Below the pieces are notes generated by a model. The model did no database searches. It was not told where the DNA came from and saw nothing but the letters and a program-made list of their open reading frames with translations. A stretch of 64,000 nucleotides of DNA from the NCBI GenBank assembly GCA_963666515.2, contig OY762897.2, positions 576,001 to 640,000 of the forward strand. The letters run 5' to 3'. This document shows positions 7,151 through 21,460 of this stretch, in pieces. How positions within the stretch are numbered: position 1 is the first letter of the stretch; the number at the start of each line of letters is the position of its first letter. Made by a program: the position numbers and the translations under genes. The stretch is from Candidatus Binatia bacterium. GTDB taxonomy: Bacteria > Desulfobacterota > Binatia > UBA9968 > JAJDTQ01.

Positions 7151-10100
7151 ATGCGGTTGAAGGCTCTGGAAATCTCCGGGTTCAAGTCTTTCGCGGACAA
7201 GACCGTCCTGAATTTCACTTCCGACGTCACGGCCATCGTGGGACCCAACGGTTGCGGCAAGTCCAACGTCGTGGACGCGTTGCGATGGGCCATGGGCGAG
7301 CAGAGCGCCCGTTATCTCCGCGGCCAGACCATGGAGGACGTGATCTTCAACGGCAGCGAGCGGCTCGCGCCCATCGGCATGGCGGAAGTCACTGCGCTGC
7401 TCGACAACTCCGACCACAGCGCCTCCGGCGACTACCGGCACTTCAGCGAGATCGCGGTGACGCGGCGGCTCTTCCGCTCGGGGGAGTCGGAGTATTCCAT
7501 CAACCGGGCGCCCTGCCGTCTGCGCGACATCGTCGATCTCTTTCTGGGGACGGGCGTCGGCAACAAGTCCTACTCCATCATCGGGCAGGGGCGGGTCGAG
7601 GAGCTGGTGAACGCGAAGCCCGAGGACCGCCGCCGCATCATCGAAGAGGCCGCCGGCACGAGCGGGTTCAAGAGCCGCAGGCAGGCGGCGGAAAGGAAGA
7701 TGGAGCGGACGCGGCAAAACCTTCTGCGCGTCAACGACATCGTCCGCGAGGTGGAGCGGCAGCTTCACAAGATCGAGCTTCAGGCCCGGAAGGCCGAGCG
7801 CTACCGGAAACTCCAGGAACAGTTGAAGGACAGGGAGCTTCGTTGGGCGGCCATCCGCAGGCAGGGGTTGGAGCGGGAAGTCGCCGGGCGCGGCGCCGAG
7901 GTGGACGCGGTGGAAGACCGGCTCACCGAGCTGACGGCCGCGGTGCGGGCGAGAGAGGCGGAGTGCGAACGCGACCGCGTGGCGTTGCTGGAGCTGGACG
8001 ACGGCATCGGGTCGTCGCAGGAACGGCTCTACCAGCTCAAGCTGGAAGTCAAGGGCGAGGAGCAGAGGATCGGGTTCTTCGAGCGTGAAGAGCGCGAGCT
8101 GCAGGATTCCGTCCGCAGGGCCGAGGCCGACGCGGTCGGCACCGGCGCCCGCCTGGAGACGGTGGCCGGCGAGATCGCCGAGTTGGGCAAGGCCAGCGAA
8201 GACTTCGCGCAGCTCTCTCTTTTCGAGGAAGAGCGCGTGACGCGCATGGAATCGGACGTGTCGGACCTGCGGGCTCGCATCGAGGCCCTTCAGGCCGGGG
8301 TCGAGCGCGAGAGGGAGCTTCTGGTGGACCGCGTCGGAGCGCACTCGCAGCTCACCAACACCCGGCGGGCCCATGAAGAGCGTCTGGAGAGGCTGAGGGA
8401 GGAGTCGGCCGGTAACGAGCGCGAGCGCGGGGGCGTCGAGAAGGCGCTCGAGGACCTGGATGGCCGGCGTGCGAGGGAGGCGGCGGAACTCCGGCAGTGC
8501 GAGGCGCGCGCGTCCGAGACGGATGAGCGCCTGCGGGGGGCCGGCGCGGCAGTGGAGAGAGCCGGGGTGGCCCTGGCCGGGCACGAGGAGGCGCTGGCCC
8601 GGCTCAAGGAGGAGCTGCAGGACGCGCGTTCCGGCCTCAATTCCCTGGAGGTCTTGCAAAAGAACTTCGAGGGCTATCAGGAGGGTGTGCGCGCCGTCAT
8701 GTTCAAGCACCAGAGCAACGGCGGATCGGATGGGATTTGCGGCGTGGTCGCCGATTTCATCGAGGCCCCCGCGGACGTGGAGAAGGCCTTGGCCGCGGTG
8801 CTGGGCGAACGGCTTCAGTACGTGATCGTTCAGGGACACGACGAGGGCGTGGAGGCCATCGAGTACCTCAAGCGGGAATCCGCCGGCCGGGGCGGTTTCA
8901 TCCCGCGCCGGTTCGAGCGCAGAAACGGCGTCGCGCCGGTCACGTTGTCGGGTCCGGACGTCATCGCCCCGCTGCTCGGGCTCGTGAAGGTGAAGGAGGG
9001 GTACGGGGAAGTCGCCGACTACCTGCTGGGCGACGTTGCCGTGGTCAGGGACCTGGACGCGGGACTGGGGCTGTGGCGCTCCAACGGTTTCAGCCATTCG
9101 TTGGTGACCCTCGACGGCGAGGTCATCGATCCCATGGGGGTGGTCACCGGAGGGAGCGCGGAGAGCCTGGAAGGCAACCCGATCTCGCGGCGCCGCAGGA
9201 TCGGGGAGTTGGAGCAGCAGGTCGCCGCCGGCGAGGAGAGGGTCCGGGGCCAGGAGGAATGCGTCGTCGAGGCAAGGCGCGAGTTGCAGCGGACGGAGTC
9301 CGAACGCCAGCGCTTGACGGAGGAGGCCCGCGACCTGGCGGTCGCCAGGGTGCAACTGGAGCACGGATTGCTGGGCACGGATCAGGCCATTGCCCGTTCG
9401 CGCCAGGATCTGGCGACCATCGACCGGGAGCTGCAAACCCTGTCGGACGAGATGGAAGCCCTCGCCGCGTCGATCACGGGGTGCGACGCGGCCATTGCCG
9501 AGAGCGCGCGTGAACGGGCGGAGCTGGATTGCCGGTTGCGCGAGTTGCAGGACTCCTGCCGCCGGAGCGAGGAAGAGTTGCGTGACTCGGACTCGCGGCT
9601 TACCGACTCCCGCGTGCGGGCCGCCGCGGCCAAGGAGAAGGAGGAGAACTCCAGGTCGAACCTCGAGAACCGGGTGGGCCTGCGCGCGGACCTGGCCGCG
9701 CAGCTCCGCGAGCGCGAGGCCCAGATCGAGCAGATGACCCGCAGGGGTCAGGAGATGCGGGCGGCCCGGGAGCAGGCGGAGTCGCGGGTCGAGACCTTGC
9801 GGGTCCGGCTGCGGGAGGCGGAGGACGAGGTGGCGTCGCGACAGCAGGAGTATCGCGGCCTTTCGAACCGGATCCGCGAGGTGGAGGAGGCCATCCACCT
9901 GATCCGTCCCGACATCGACGCACGGCAGGAAGACAAGGCCCGGCTCCAGGTGCTGCAGAGCGAGAAGGCCATGGAACTGCGCCATCTGTGCGACGACATG
10001 CGCGAAAAGTACGGGGTGGACCTGGCGGCGTACGCACCCGGAGCCGGGGACGATGCTTCCACCGCCGACGACCTTCAGGAAGAGGTGGCGGAGTTGCGAG

Positions 10101-10708
10101 CCCGGCTCGGACGGATGGGCGAGGTCAACTTGGCGGCCATCGGCGAGTTCGAGGAGCTCACCGAACGAAACCAGTACCTCACCGGGCAACGAGACGACCT
10201 GGAACGCTCCATGGCCGACCTGCAGCAGACCATCGCCAAGCTCAACCGGATCTGCCGGCTGCGGTTCAGGGAGAGCTTCGAGAAGATCGACCAGGAGTTC
10301 CGGGCGATCTTCCCGAGACTGTTCGACGGCGGCAAGGCGTCGCTGACGCTCACGGATGAGAACGACTACCTGGAGACCGGGGTCGACATCGTCGCGCAGC
10401 CGCCGGGCAAGAAGCTCCAGTCCGTCAGCCTGCTTTCCGGGGGCGAGAAAGCACTGACCGCGGTGAGCCTGCTCTTCGCCATCTTCCTGACCAAGCCGAG
10501 CCCGTTCTGCTTCCTCGACGAGGTGGACGCGCCGCTCGACGACGTGAACCTGGAGCGGTTCATCGATATCGTCAAGGAGATGACCCGCCTGTCGCAGTTC
10601 ATGATCATCACCCACAACAAGAAGACGATGCAGGAGGCGGACGTACTTTACGGCGTCACCATGGAGGACCCGGGAGTCTCCAGGATCGTCTCCGTGGAGA
10701 TGGTGTAG
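7151..10708 (+). CDS. smc: Chromosome segregation protein SMC
   Basis: GFKSF, GPNGCGKSN Walker A, long coiled coils, hinge domain, LSGGEK signature and LDEVDAPLD. Confidence 0.97.
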   Translation: MRLKALEISGFKSFADKTVLNFTSDVTAIVGPNGCGKSNVVDALRWAMGEQSARYLRGQTMEDVIFNGSERLAPIGMAEVTALLDNSDHSASGDYRHFSEIAVTRRLFRSGESEYSINRAPCRLRDIVDLFLGTGVGNKSYSIIGQGRVEELVNAKPEDRRRIIEEAAGTSGFKSRRQAAERKMERTRQNLLRVNDIVREVERQLHKIELQARKAERYRKLQEQLKDRELRWAAIRRQGLEREVAGRGAEVDAVEDRLTELTAAVRAREAECERDRVALLELDDGIGSSQERLYQLKLEVKGEEQRIGFFEREERELQDSVRRAEADAVGTGARLETVAGEIAELGKASEDFAQLSLFEEERVTRMESDVSDLRARIEALQAGVERERELLVDRVGAHSQLTNTRRAHEERLERLREESAGNERERGGVEKALEDLDGRRAREAAELRQCEARASETDERLRGAGAAVERAGVALAGHEEALARLKEELQDARSGLNSLEVLQKNFEGYQEGVRAVMFKHQSNGGSDGICGVVADFIEAPADVEKALAAVLGERLQYVIVQGHDEGVEAIEYLKRESAGRGGFIPRRFERRNGVAPVTLSGPDVIAPLLGLVKVKEGYGEVADYLLGDVAVVRDLDAGLGLWRSNGFSHSLVTLDGEVIDPMGVVTGGSAESLEGNPISRRRRIGELEQQVAAGEERVRGQEECVVEARRELQRTESERQRLTEEARDLAVARVQLEHGLLGTDQAIARSRQDLATIDRELQTLSDEMEALAASITGCDAAIAESARERAELDCRLRELQDSCRRSEEELRDSDSRLTDSRVRAAAAKEKEENSRSNLENRVGLRADLAAQLREREAQIEQMTRRGQEMRAAREQAESRVETLRVRLREAEDEVASRQQEYRGLSNRIREVEEAIHLIRPDIDARQEDKARLQVLQSEKAMELRHLCDDMREKYGVDLAAYAPGAGDDASTADDLQEEVAELRARLGRMGEVNLAAIGEFEELTERNQYLTGQRDDLERSMADLQQTIAKLNRICRLRFRESFEKIDQEFRAIFPRLFDGGKASLTLTDENDYLETGVDIVAQPPGKKLQSVSLLSGGEKALTAVSLLFAIFLTKPSPFCFLDEVDAPLDDVNLERFIDIVKEMTRLSQFMIITHNKKTMQEADVLYGVTMEDPGVSRIVSVEMV

Positions 10709-10752
10709 CCTGCCCCGCAATCTCCGGCGTCACGGCTCGAGGGAACGGATCG

Positions 10753-11664
10753 ATGGATCGAGGAGAAGGGTTCCTGGCCCGTCTCCGGCAGGGCCTGTCG
10801 CGGACGAGGGCGGCGTGGTCCGGGCGTCTGGAGAGGGTCCTGGCGGGCGCCGACCCGTCGGAAGACGACTGGGACGCGCTGGAGGAGTTGCTCCTGGGCG
10901 CCGATTTCGGGGCGCAGGCCACCCAGAGGCTGCTGGATTCCGTGCGTGGATCGAAAGGCGCCGGCAACGGCGACGGGATCGCTCTGTTGCGCCAGGAACT
11001 CGCAGGCCTGTTGAGGGAGAGCCACGGCATCGGGCCGCGCCGGTATTCGGAGTCTCCGTGGGTGATGCTGGTGGTGGGAGTCAACGGGGTCGGCAAGACC
11101 ACCACCATCGGCAAGCTCGCCCACCAACTGGAACGGAGCGGGAAGAAGGTGCTGCTGGCCGCCGGCGATACGTTCCGGGCAGGGGCCATCGAGCAACTGG
11201 AGATATGGGCGGACCGGGCCGGTGCGGCAATCGTCAAGCACGGTCCGGGCCAGGACCCTTCGGGAGTCGTTTTCGACGCCGCGCACGCGGCCCAGAAGCG
11301 GCGGGCGGACGTCCTGCTCATCGACACCGCAGGCAGACTCCACAACAAGGTCAACCTCGTGGAGGAACTCAAGAAGATGCGCCGCGTCCTTGGAAGGGTG
11401 CAGGAAGGGGCGCCGCACGAGACCCTGCTGGTGGTCGATGCGAGCACGGGTCAGAACGCCGTCGCGCAGGCGAGGATCTTCCAGGAGGCGGTGGGCGTCA
11501 GCGGAATCGTCCTGACCAAGCTGGACGGCACGGCCAAGGGCGGCGTGGTGCTGAGGATCCAGCAGGAGCTGGCCATCCCGATGGAGTTCGTCGGCGTGGG
11601 GGAAGGCATCGACGACCTCCAGGAGTTCGATACGGAAGCGTTCGTGGAGGCAATCTTCGCGTAA
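10753..11664 (+). CDS. ftsY: SRP receptor FtsY
   Basis: GVNGVGKTTTIGKLA, DTFRAGA, DTAGR and TKLDGTAKGG. Confidence 0.97.
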   Translation: MDRGEGFLARLRQGLSRTRAAWSGRLERVLAGADPSEDDWDALEELLLGADFGAQATQRLLDSVRGSKGAGNGDGIALLRQELAGLLRESHGIGPRRYSESPWVMLVVGVNGVGKTTTIGKLAHQLERSGKKVLLAAGDTFRAGAIEQLEIWADRAGAAIVKHGPGQDPSGVVFDAAHAAQKRRADVLLIDTAGRLHNKVNLVEELKKMRRVLGRVQEGAPHETLLVVDASTGQNAVAQARIFQEAVGVSGIVLTKLDGTAKGGVVLRIQQELAIPMEFVGVGEGIDDLQEFDTEAFVEAIFA

Positions 11665-11686
11665 GTCCCGATGGCCTTCGTGCGGC

Positions 11687-11730
11687 TTGACACGGGTGCC
11701 CGGCGAATCTTAAACTATCAAATTAAGATT
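11687..11730 (+). promoter_or_regulatory. Promoter TTGACA-18-TAAACT with overlapping inverted repeat AATCTTAA-N9-TTAAGATT
   Basis: AT-rich island in a GC-rich genome, directly before zapB. Confidence 0.55.
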
Positions 11731-11747
11731 TGTTCGTTACTTGTGTC

Positions 11748-11975
11748 ATGGATCTTGACAAACTCGAACAGTTGGAACTCCGGGTCGAGCGTCTTGTCGA
11801 GCAGAATCAGAGGATGAGGCAGGCCAAGGCCAAAGCGGAAACCCGCCTTCAGGAGCGGGACGAGCAGTGCAAGGGCCTGAGCGACCGGATCCAGCGGTAC
11901 GAGCGCGAACGGACCGCGTTGCGAGAGCGGCTGACGAAGATCATCGGCCAGTTCGAGCATCTTGACCTTTCGTGA
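11748..11975 (+). CDS. zapB: Cell division coiled-coil protein, ZapB-like
   Basis: Short, entirely coiled-coil protein (LEQLELRVERLV) immediately upstream of zapA. Confidence 0.7.
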   Translation: MDLDKLEQLELRVERLVEQNQRMRQAKAKAETRLQERDEQCKGLSDRIQRYERERTALRERLTKIIGQFEHLDLS

Positions 11976-11990
11976 CGGCGCTGAGGAGTC

Positions 11991-12269
11991 ATGCAGAAGG
12001 CTGTCGAAGTCAAGATCCTGGGTCAGAAGGTCACTCTCCGAAGCGACGACGAGGAGCAGCACATCCGGAGGGTGGCGGAGTACGTCGATGAGAAGATGCA
12101 CGAGGTGAGCAGGTCGGCGGGTCCAAGGGGCAAATTCAGCGTGGCCATGCTCGTGGCTCTCAACATAGCTGACGAATACCACCGTCTCAAAGACAGCCAC
12201 GAAGTGGTGACGAGTCGGGTAGACCGGTTGATCGAAAGGTTGGAGACGGCTTTGTCCGAGGAGGCTTGA
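11991..12269 (+). CDS. zapA: Cell division protein ZapA
   Basis: VEVKILG..RRVAEYVDEKM..AMLVALNIADE motif and synteny with ygfA-rny. Confidence 0.9.
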   Translation: MQKAVEVKILGQKVTLRSDDEEQHIRRVAEYVDEKMHEVSRSAGPRGKFSVAMLVALNIADEYHRLKDSHEVVTSRVDRLIERLETALSEEA

Positions 12270-12376
12270 GGCAGGTCTCCCGGGCAGATTTTTTGTGAAC
12301 CGAGGTCGTTTCTCTCCCACCCTCACCACGCATCGCCCTCGACGCCCTTGCTCAGGACTCGATAGTGAGGTCCTCG

Positions 12377-12991
12377 ATGAGGGACAGGAAGCGGGCACTC
12401 AGGGGCGCGATTCTAGCGAAAAGGGAGTCTCTTTCGTCTACCCTGGTTCGCGCCTGGGGGGAAAGGATTCAGCGCCTTGCGCTGGCTCTTCCCGTCTACC
12501 GGGCCGCGGAGGCCGTCGCCCTCTACAGTCCGCTGGGCAACGAAGTCGAGACATCGGAGATAGGACGCGCGGCCCTGGAGACAGGGAAGCGGCTGTACTA
12601 TCCCAAGGTTGCCGGCGGGTGTTCACGCGTGGTCCGGGTGCGCTCCAAGGCCGAGTTGGTTCCCGGCCGGTACGGAATTCTCGAGCCGGCCGGAAGCCTG
12701 AGCCTGCCTCGCCGCGGGGAAGGCGGGCTCGTCGTGTTCGTACCGGGCGTTGCCTTTGACCGCAACGGAAACCGGCTGGGTCGTGGGACGGGCTGGTACG
12801 ACCGCTTGCTGGGCGGTATGGACCTCCACGTGCCAAAGGTCGCCCTGGCCTATGAAATCCAGTTGGTGGACAAAGTGCCCGTGGAGCGGGGGGATCTTCC
12901 CGTCGACGCCATCGTGACGGAGAAGAGGGTCATCGCATGCGGTGCGGCGTATGAGGGCGTGGAAGCGCCCGGCGTGGCGTCGCAACAATAG
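12377..12991 (+). CDS. 5-formyltetrahydrofolate cyclo-ligase
   Basis: K..LR N-terminus, YGILEP, VPGVAFDRNGNRLGRG.GWYDR and D..VDAIVTE. Confidence 0.93.
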   Translation: MRDRKRALRGAILAKRESLSSTLVRAWGERIQRLALALPVYRAAEAVALYSPLGNEVETSEIGRAALETGKRLYYPKVAGGCSRVVRVRSKAELVPGRYGILEPAGSLSLPRRGEGGLVVFVPGVAFDRNGNRLGRGTGWYDRLLGGMDLHVPKVALAYEIQLVDKVPVERGDLPVDAIVTEKRVIACGAAYEGVEAPGVASQQ

Positions 12992-13038
12992 CGACGGACC
13001 TTCACACGGTTTGCATGCTTCCGGGAGGTAGCTTTGTT

Positions 13039-14610
13039 TTGGTTACATGGTCTTCACTGGTTTTACTAGTTTTGGGTCTCGTCGTGGGCTGCCTGTTGCC
13101 CGTCGCCGTGCTCCTGTTCCGAAGGAAGCAGCTCCGGCGCCAGAGCGACCTCGACCGGACCACGGCCGCGCGTATCCTGGAAGAGGCGCGAAGGGAAGCC
13201 GATACCATCCGCAAGGAGGCGGAGATAAGCGCCAAGGACGGGATCCTGCATGCGCGCGACGACTTCGAGAACGAGGTCCGGGAGACTCGAAAGGACCTCC
13301 AGTCCCTGGAAAGGCGGCTGTTGACGAGGGAGGAGGTGCTCGACAAGAGGCTGGACGGCCTGGATAAGCGGGAGACCGGCCTGTCGAATCGGGAAGGAGT
13401 CATCGAGCGGAAGGAGCAGGTCCTCGGCGAGAAGGAGGCGGAGTCGCAGCGTCTCGTCGACGAGGCCAAGCGGCAACTCGAGATCGTCGCCGGCATCAGC
13501 CGCGAGGAGGCGAAGAAGAGCCTCATGGAGGAGATGTTCGAGGAGGCGAGGTACGATTCCGCCCGGCGCATCCGGCTCATGGAAGAGCAGGCCGCCGCGG
13601 AGGCTGACCGTGAGGCGAAGAAGGTCATCGCTCTCGCCATCGCGCGCCTGGCCGGAGATTTCGTGACGGAGCGGACGGTCTCGGTGGTCTCTCTCCCCAC
13701 CGACGAGATGAAGGGGCGGATCATCGGCCGCGAGGGACGCAACATCCGGGCGCTGGAGGCGGCCACCGGCATCGATCTCATCGTGGACGATACGCCGGAA
13801 TCCGTGATCATCTCGGGGCACAACCCCATCCGCCGCGAAATCGCCCGATTGTCCCTGGAAACGCTGATCTCCGACGGCCGCATCCATCCCGGACGGATCG
13901 AAGAGGTGGTCCGCCGGTCCGAACGGGAAATCGACGACGTCATCAAGGAAGCCGGACAGAAGGCGATCTTCGACGTCGGCGTCCACGGGGTTCATCCCGA
14001 GCTGGTGAAGCTCCTGGGGAGACTGAAGTTCCGTTACAGCTACGCCCAGAACGTCCTGCTGCACTCCATCGAGATGGCGTTTATCTGCGGCAGCATGGCG
14101 GCCGAGCTTGGACTCAACGAGAAACAGGCCCGGCGGGCGGCGTTGCTTCACGACATCGGCAAGGCGGTGGACCACGAGGTCGAGGGCTCCCACGCCATCA
14201 TCGGCGGCGAGTTGGCGAGGAAGTACGGCGAGTCGCCCAAGATCGTCAACGCCATCGCCGCCCACCACGAGGAAGTCCGGGCGGAGACCGTGCTGGCCCC
14301 GTTGGTGGACGCCGCGGACGCCCTTTCCGGGGCCCGTCCCGGAGCACGGCGGGAAATGCTGGAGACCTACGTCCGGCGGCTCGAGGAGCTGGAACGGATC
14401 AGCAACTCCTTCAACGGCGTCGAGAAGTCCTATGCCGTGCAGGCGGGACGGGAACTCAGGATCATCGTCCAGTCGGGGCAGATTTCGGATGACGAAGCTG
14501 CCTCCATGGCCCGCGCCGTGGCGAAGAAGGTCGAGAACGAGATGGCCTACCCGGGCCAGATCAAGGTCACGGTCATCCGTGAAACCCGGGCCGTCGAGTA
14601 CGCGCGATAG
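13039..14610 (+). CDS. rny: Ribonuclease Y
   Basis: N-terminal TM helix, coiled coil, KH domain (KGRIIGREGRNIR) and HD domain (LLHDIGK). Start is TTG at 13039 behind GGAGG; the alternative is ATG at 13015. Confidence 0.96.
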   Translation: MVTWSSLVLLVLGLVVGCLLPVAVLLFRRKQLRRQSDLDRTTAARILEEARREADTIRKEAEISAKDGILHARDDFENEVRETRKDLQSLERRLLTREEVLDKRLDGLDKRETGLSNREGVIERKEQVLGEKEAESQRLVDEAKRQLEIVAGISREEAKKSLMEEMFEEARYDSARRIRLMEEQAAAEADREAKKVIALAIARLAGDFVTERTVSVVSLPTDEMKGRIIGREGRNIRALEAATGIDLIVDDTPESVIISGHNPIRREIARLSLETLISDGRIHPGRIEEVVRRSEREIDDVIKEAGQKAIFDVGVHGVHPELVKLLGRLKFRYSYAQNVLLHSIEMAFICGSMAAELGLNEKQARRAALLHDIGKAVDHEVEGSHAIIGGELARKYGESPKIVNAIAAHHEEVRAETVLAPLVDAADALSGARPGARREMLETYVRRLEELERISNSFNGVEKSYAVQAGRELRIIVQSGQISDDEAASMARAVAKKVENEMAYPGQIKVTVIRETRAVEYAR

Positions 14611-14628
14611 CGGACAAGGACACCGGGC

Positions 14629-15822
14629 ATGAGCATGAGTCCTCAAGAGCAGTTGCGGCGCCTGAAGCGCGGAGCCGTGGAGATCATCTCCGAGGAAGAG
14701 CTTCTGAGGAAGCTCGAAAGACGGACCCCGTTGCGCGTCAAGACCGGGTTCGACCCCACGGCGCCGGACCTGCACCTGGGCCACACCGTACTGATCCAGA
14801 AGATGAAGCAGTTCCAGGAGCTGGGGCACGAGGTCATCTTCCTGATCGGCGATTTCACCGGGATGATCGGAGACCCGTCGGGGAAGTCGGAGACGCGCAA
14901 GCAGATCAGCCGGGAAGAGGTCCTGGAGAACGCGGCGACCTACAAGGAACAGATCTTCAAGATACTCGACGCCGAGACGACCGTGGTCGACTTCAACAGC
15001 CGGTGGATGGAGAAGCTGGGGGCGGCCGGGCTGCTGGATCTGAGCGGCAAGTACACGGTGGCCCGGATGCTGGAGAGGGACGACTTCAAGAAGCGGTACC
15101 ACGCCCGGGAAGCCATCGGCATCCACGAGTTCATGTACCCGCTGATTCAGGGGTACGACTCGGTGGTGCTGGAAGCCGACGTCGAGTTGGGCGGGACGGA
15201 CCAGAAGTTCAACCTGCTGGTCGGGCGCGAGCTGCAGCGGGAGGCCGGGATGGAGCCCCAGGTGGTCTGCATGACGCCGTTGCTGGAGGGCACCGACGGC
15301 GTCCAGAAGATGAGCAAGAGCCTTGGCAACCACATCGGCATCGCGGCGCCTCCCGAAGAGATGTACGGCAGGACGATGTCTGTATCCGACGAGTTGATGT
15401 GGCGGTACCTGGAGCTTCTCAGCAACTGCTCGCTGGACGACATCGGCCGGGACAGGACTGCGGTGGAGGCCGGGTCATTGCATCCCATGGAGGTCAAGAA
15501 GTCCCTCGCGGCGGAGATCGTTGAGCGGTTTCACGGACCGGGGGCCGCCGAGGAGGCGCGGGAGTACTTCGAGACCCGGCACCAGCGAAGAAGCATCCCG
15601 CGGGACATCCGCAAGAGCTTTTCGCCCCCGGAAAGGATCTGGGTCTGCCAGTTGCTCCTGGATCTGGAATTCGCCCGGTCGAAGAGCGACGCCAGGCGGC
15701 TGGTGGCCCAGCGGGCCGTGCGGGTGGACGGCGCGGTCGTGAACGACCCTAACTTCGAGTTCCAGAGGGACACCCATCGCGTGGTGGAGGTCGGCAAGAA
15801 CCGGATCGCCCAGGCGAGGTAG
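14629..15822 (+). CDS. tyrS: Tyrosine--tRNA ligase
   Basis: [34 protein letters not shown] and a C-terminal S4 domain. Confidence 0.97.
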   Translation: MSMSPQEQLRRLKRGAVEIISEEELLRKLERRTPLRVKTGFDPTAPDLHLGHTVLIQKMKQFQELGHEVIFLIGDFTGMIGDPSGKSETRKQISREEVLENAATYKEQIFKILDAETTVVDFNSRWMEKLGAAGLLDLSGKYTVARMLERDDFKKRYHAREAIGIHEFMYPLIQGYDSVVLEADVELGGTDQKFNLLVGRELQREAGMEPQVVCMTPLLEGTDGVQKMSKSLGNHIGIAAPPEEMYGRTMSVSDELMWRYLELLSNCSLDDIGRDRTAVEAGSLHPMEVKKSLAAEIVERFHGPGAAEEAREYFETRHQRRSIPRDIRKSFSPPERIWVCQLLLDLEFARSKSDARRLVAQRAVRVDGAVVNDPNFEFQRDTHRVVEVGKNRIAQAR

Positions 15823-15842
15823 CAAAAACTTGCCGGCGGCAG

Positions 15843-15871
15843 TTGACACCACCCGCTCTTTGGGTTAGATT
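15843..15871 (+). promoter_or_regulatory. rRNA operon promoter (TTGACA-17-TAGATT)
   Basis: Consensus -35 and 17-bp spacer, about 150 bp upstream of the 16S gene. Confidence 0.75.
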
Positions 15872-15901
15872 TCCCCGTTCCTGCCGTTGGGCAGGGAAGC
15901 T

Positions 15902-15928
15902 TCGGTCTTTGAAAACTAAATAGTAGCG
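15902..15928 (+). promoter_or_regulatory. rrn leader boxA-like element / 16S processing stem
   Basis: tcggtctttgaaaactaaatagtagcg is near-perfectly complementary to cgctactatttagttttgaaggaccga at 17684-17710. Confidence 0.75.
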
Positions 15929-16023
15929 CTGCCCCAGAGATGGGGCAGAAAGGTTCAGGGCTCTCACTTTGTCGCCGCTGTGCTGCTCTTTCATGTCAAA
16001 GGGCCGCGTCAAGCGGCAAAGCT

Positions 16024-17590
<1,567 letters not shown>

Positions 17591-17782
17591 TCCCGGCACC
17601 GGAAGGTGCGGGATATCCAGGTCAATGCACGGCCTTCGTTGGAGGCCGCGCTTCCGGTACAGCGACGATTGTGAACCCTGAACCGCTACTATTTAGTTTT
17701 GAAGGACCGAGGCTTGCCCGGCTTGCCGCGGGCTCAAGAGGCGAGACCGGGACTGAGCGCTCGGTGGGGTTGAAGGACCGAG

Positions 17783-17859
<77 letters not shown>

Positions 17860-17885
17860 CCGCCGGAAGGCGACGGATGACGTAA

Positions 17886-17961
17886 GGGGCTGTAGCTCAG
17901 TTGGGAGAGCGCCGGTTTTGCACGCCGGAGGTCGTCGGTTCGAACCCGATCAGCTCCACCA
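17886..17961 (+). tRNA. tRNA-Ala(TGC)
   Basis: 76-nt cloverleaf with acceptor GGGGCTG/CAGCTCC (G3:U70), anticodon loop TTTGCAC, and encoded CCA. Confidence 0.97.
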
Positions 17962-18127
17962 CCCGAGAAAGAAGGCGTGTAGTGAGTAGCCTGGAACCCC
18001 GAAAGGTTCCTGGCTAGTCACTATCCGATTCGCGAAGTGACCGCGCGGGCAGTGGCCCGCGCGAGCGTTCTTTGACAACTGAAGACAGGTAAAACTGCAA
18101 TTTTGCTGGAGTAGCAGTGGCGAATAT

Positions 18128-21141
<3,014 letters not shown>

Positions 21142-21203
21142 ATATTCACCAATGCTACTCAGCAGTTTTACCGTCTTCAGTTCACTCATTGTTTTTCACG
21201 GTT

Positions 21204-21320
21204 TCTCGGTGGCGATAGCGGAGGTGTCACACCCGTTCCCATCCCGAACACGGTCGTTAAGCCCTCTAGCGCCGATGGTACTATGGGGTCCCCTCATGGG
21301 AGAGTAGGAAGCCGCCGGGA
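21204..21320 (+). rRNA. rrf: 5S ribosomal RNA
   Basis: CCCGTTCCCATCCCGAACACGG, GCCGATGGTA and GGGAGAGTAGG conserved segments; about 117 nt. Confidence 0.96.
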
Positions 21321-21326
21321 TTTTTC

Positions 21327-21360
21327 AAAGGCCCGATCTTTTCGAGATCGGGCCTTTTTT
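21327..21360 (+). terminator. Rho-independent terminator of rrn operon
   Basis: AAAGGCCCGATCT-tttcg-AGATCGGGCCTTT followed by a T-run. Confidence 0.9.
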
Positions 21361-21383
21361 GCGCTCGTGTCCTGCCCTCCGCT

Positions 21384-21416
21384 CCGCTCTCCTTCCGGGA
21401 GAGGGCTGGGGTGACG
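21384..21416. repeat. BoxC-like palindromic extragenic repeat (CTCTCC-ttccg-GGAGAGGGCTGGGGTGA)
   Basis: Matches the widespread CCCTCTCCCnnnGGGAGAGGGnnGGGGTGAGGG pattern. Only one copy in the window. Confidence 0.45.
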
Positions 21417-21460
21417 GCGCTTCCTTGATTGTTGCGTGCGTTCGGGTGATGATGGCCGGC

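Noticed and set aside
7043-10720. 1225-aa ORF antisense to smc, and similar long shadow ORFs opposite rny/tyrS, coxA, the TRAP permease and others
   Set aside because: These are antisense shadows expected from high-GC3 codon usage. They have no recognisable motifs and the opposite strand carries clear genes.
11710-11726. CtrA box before zapB
   Set aside because: The spacing is TTAA-N9-TTAA rather than N7, and the organism does not look alphaproteobacterial. Retained only as an unknown palindrome.
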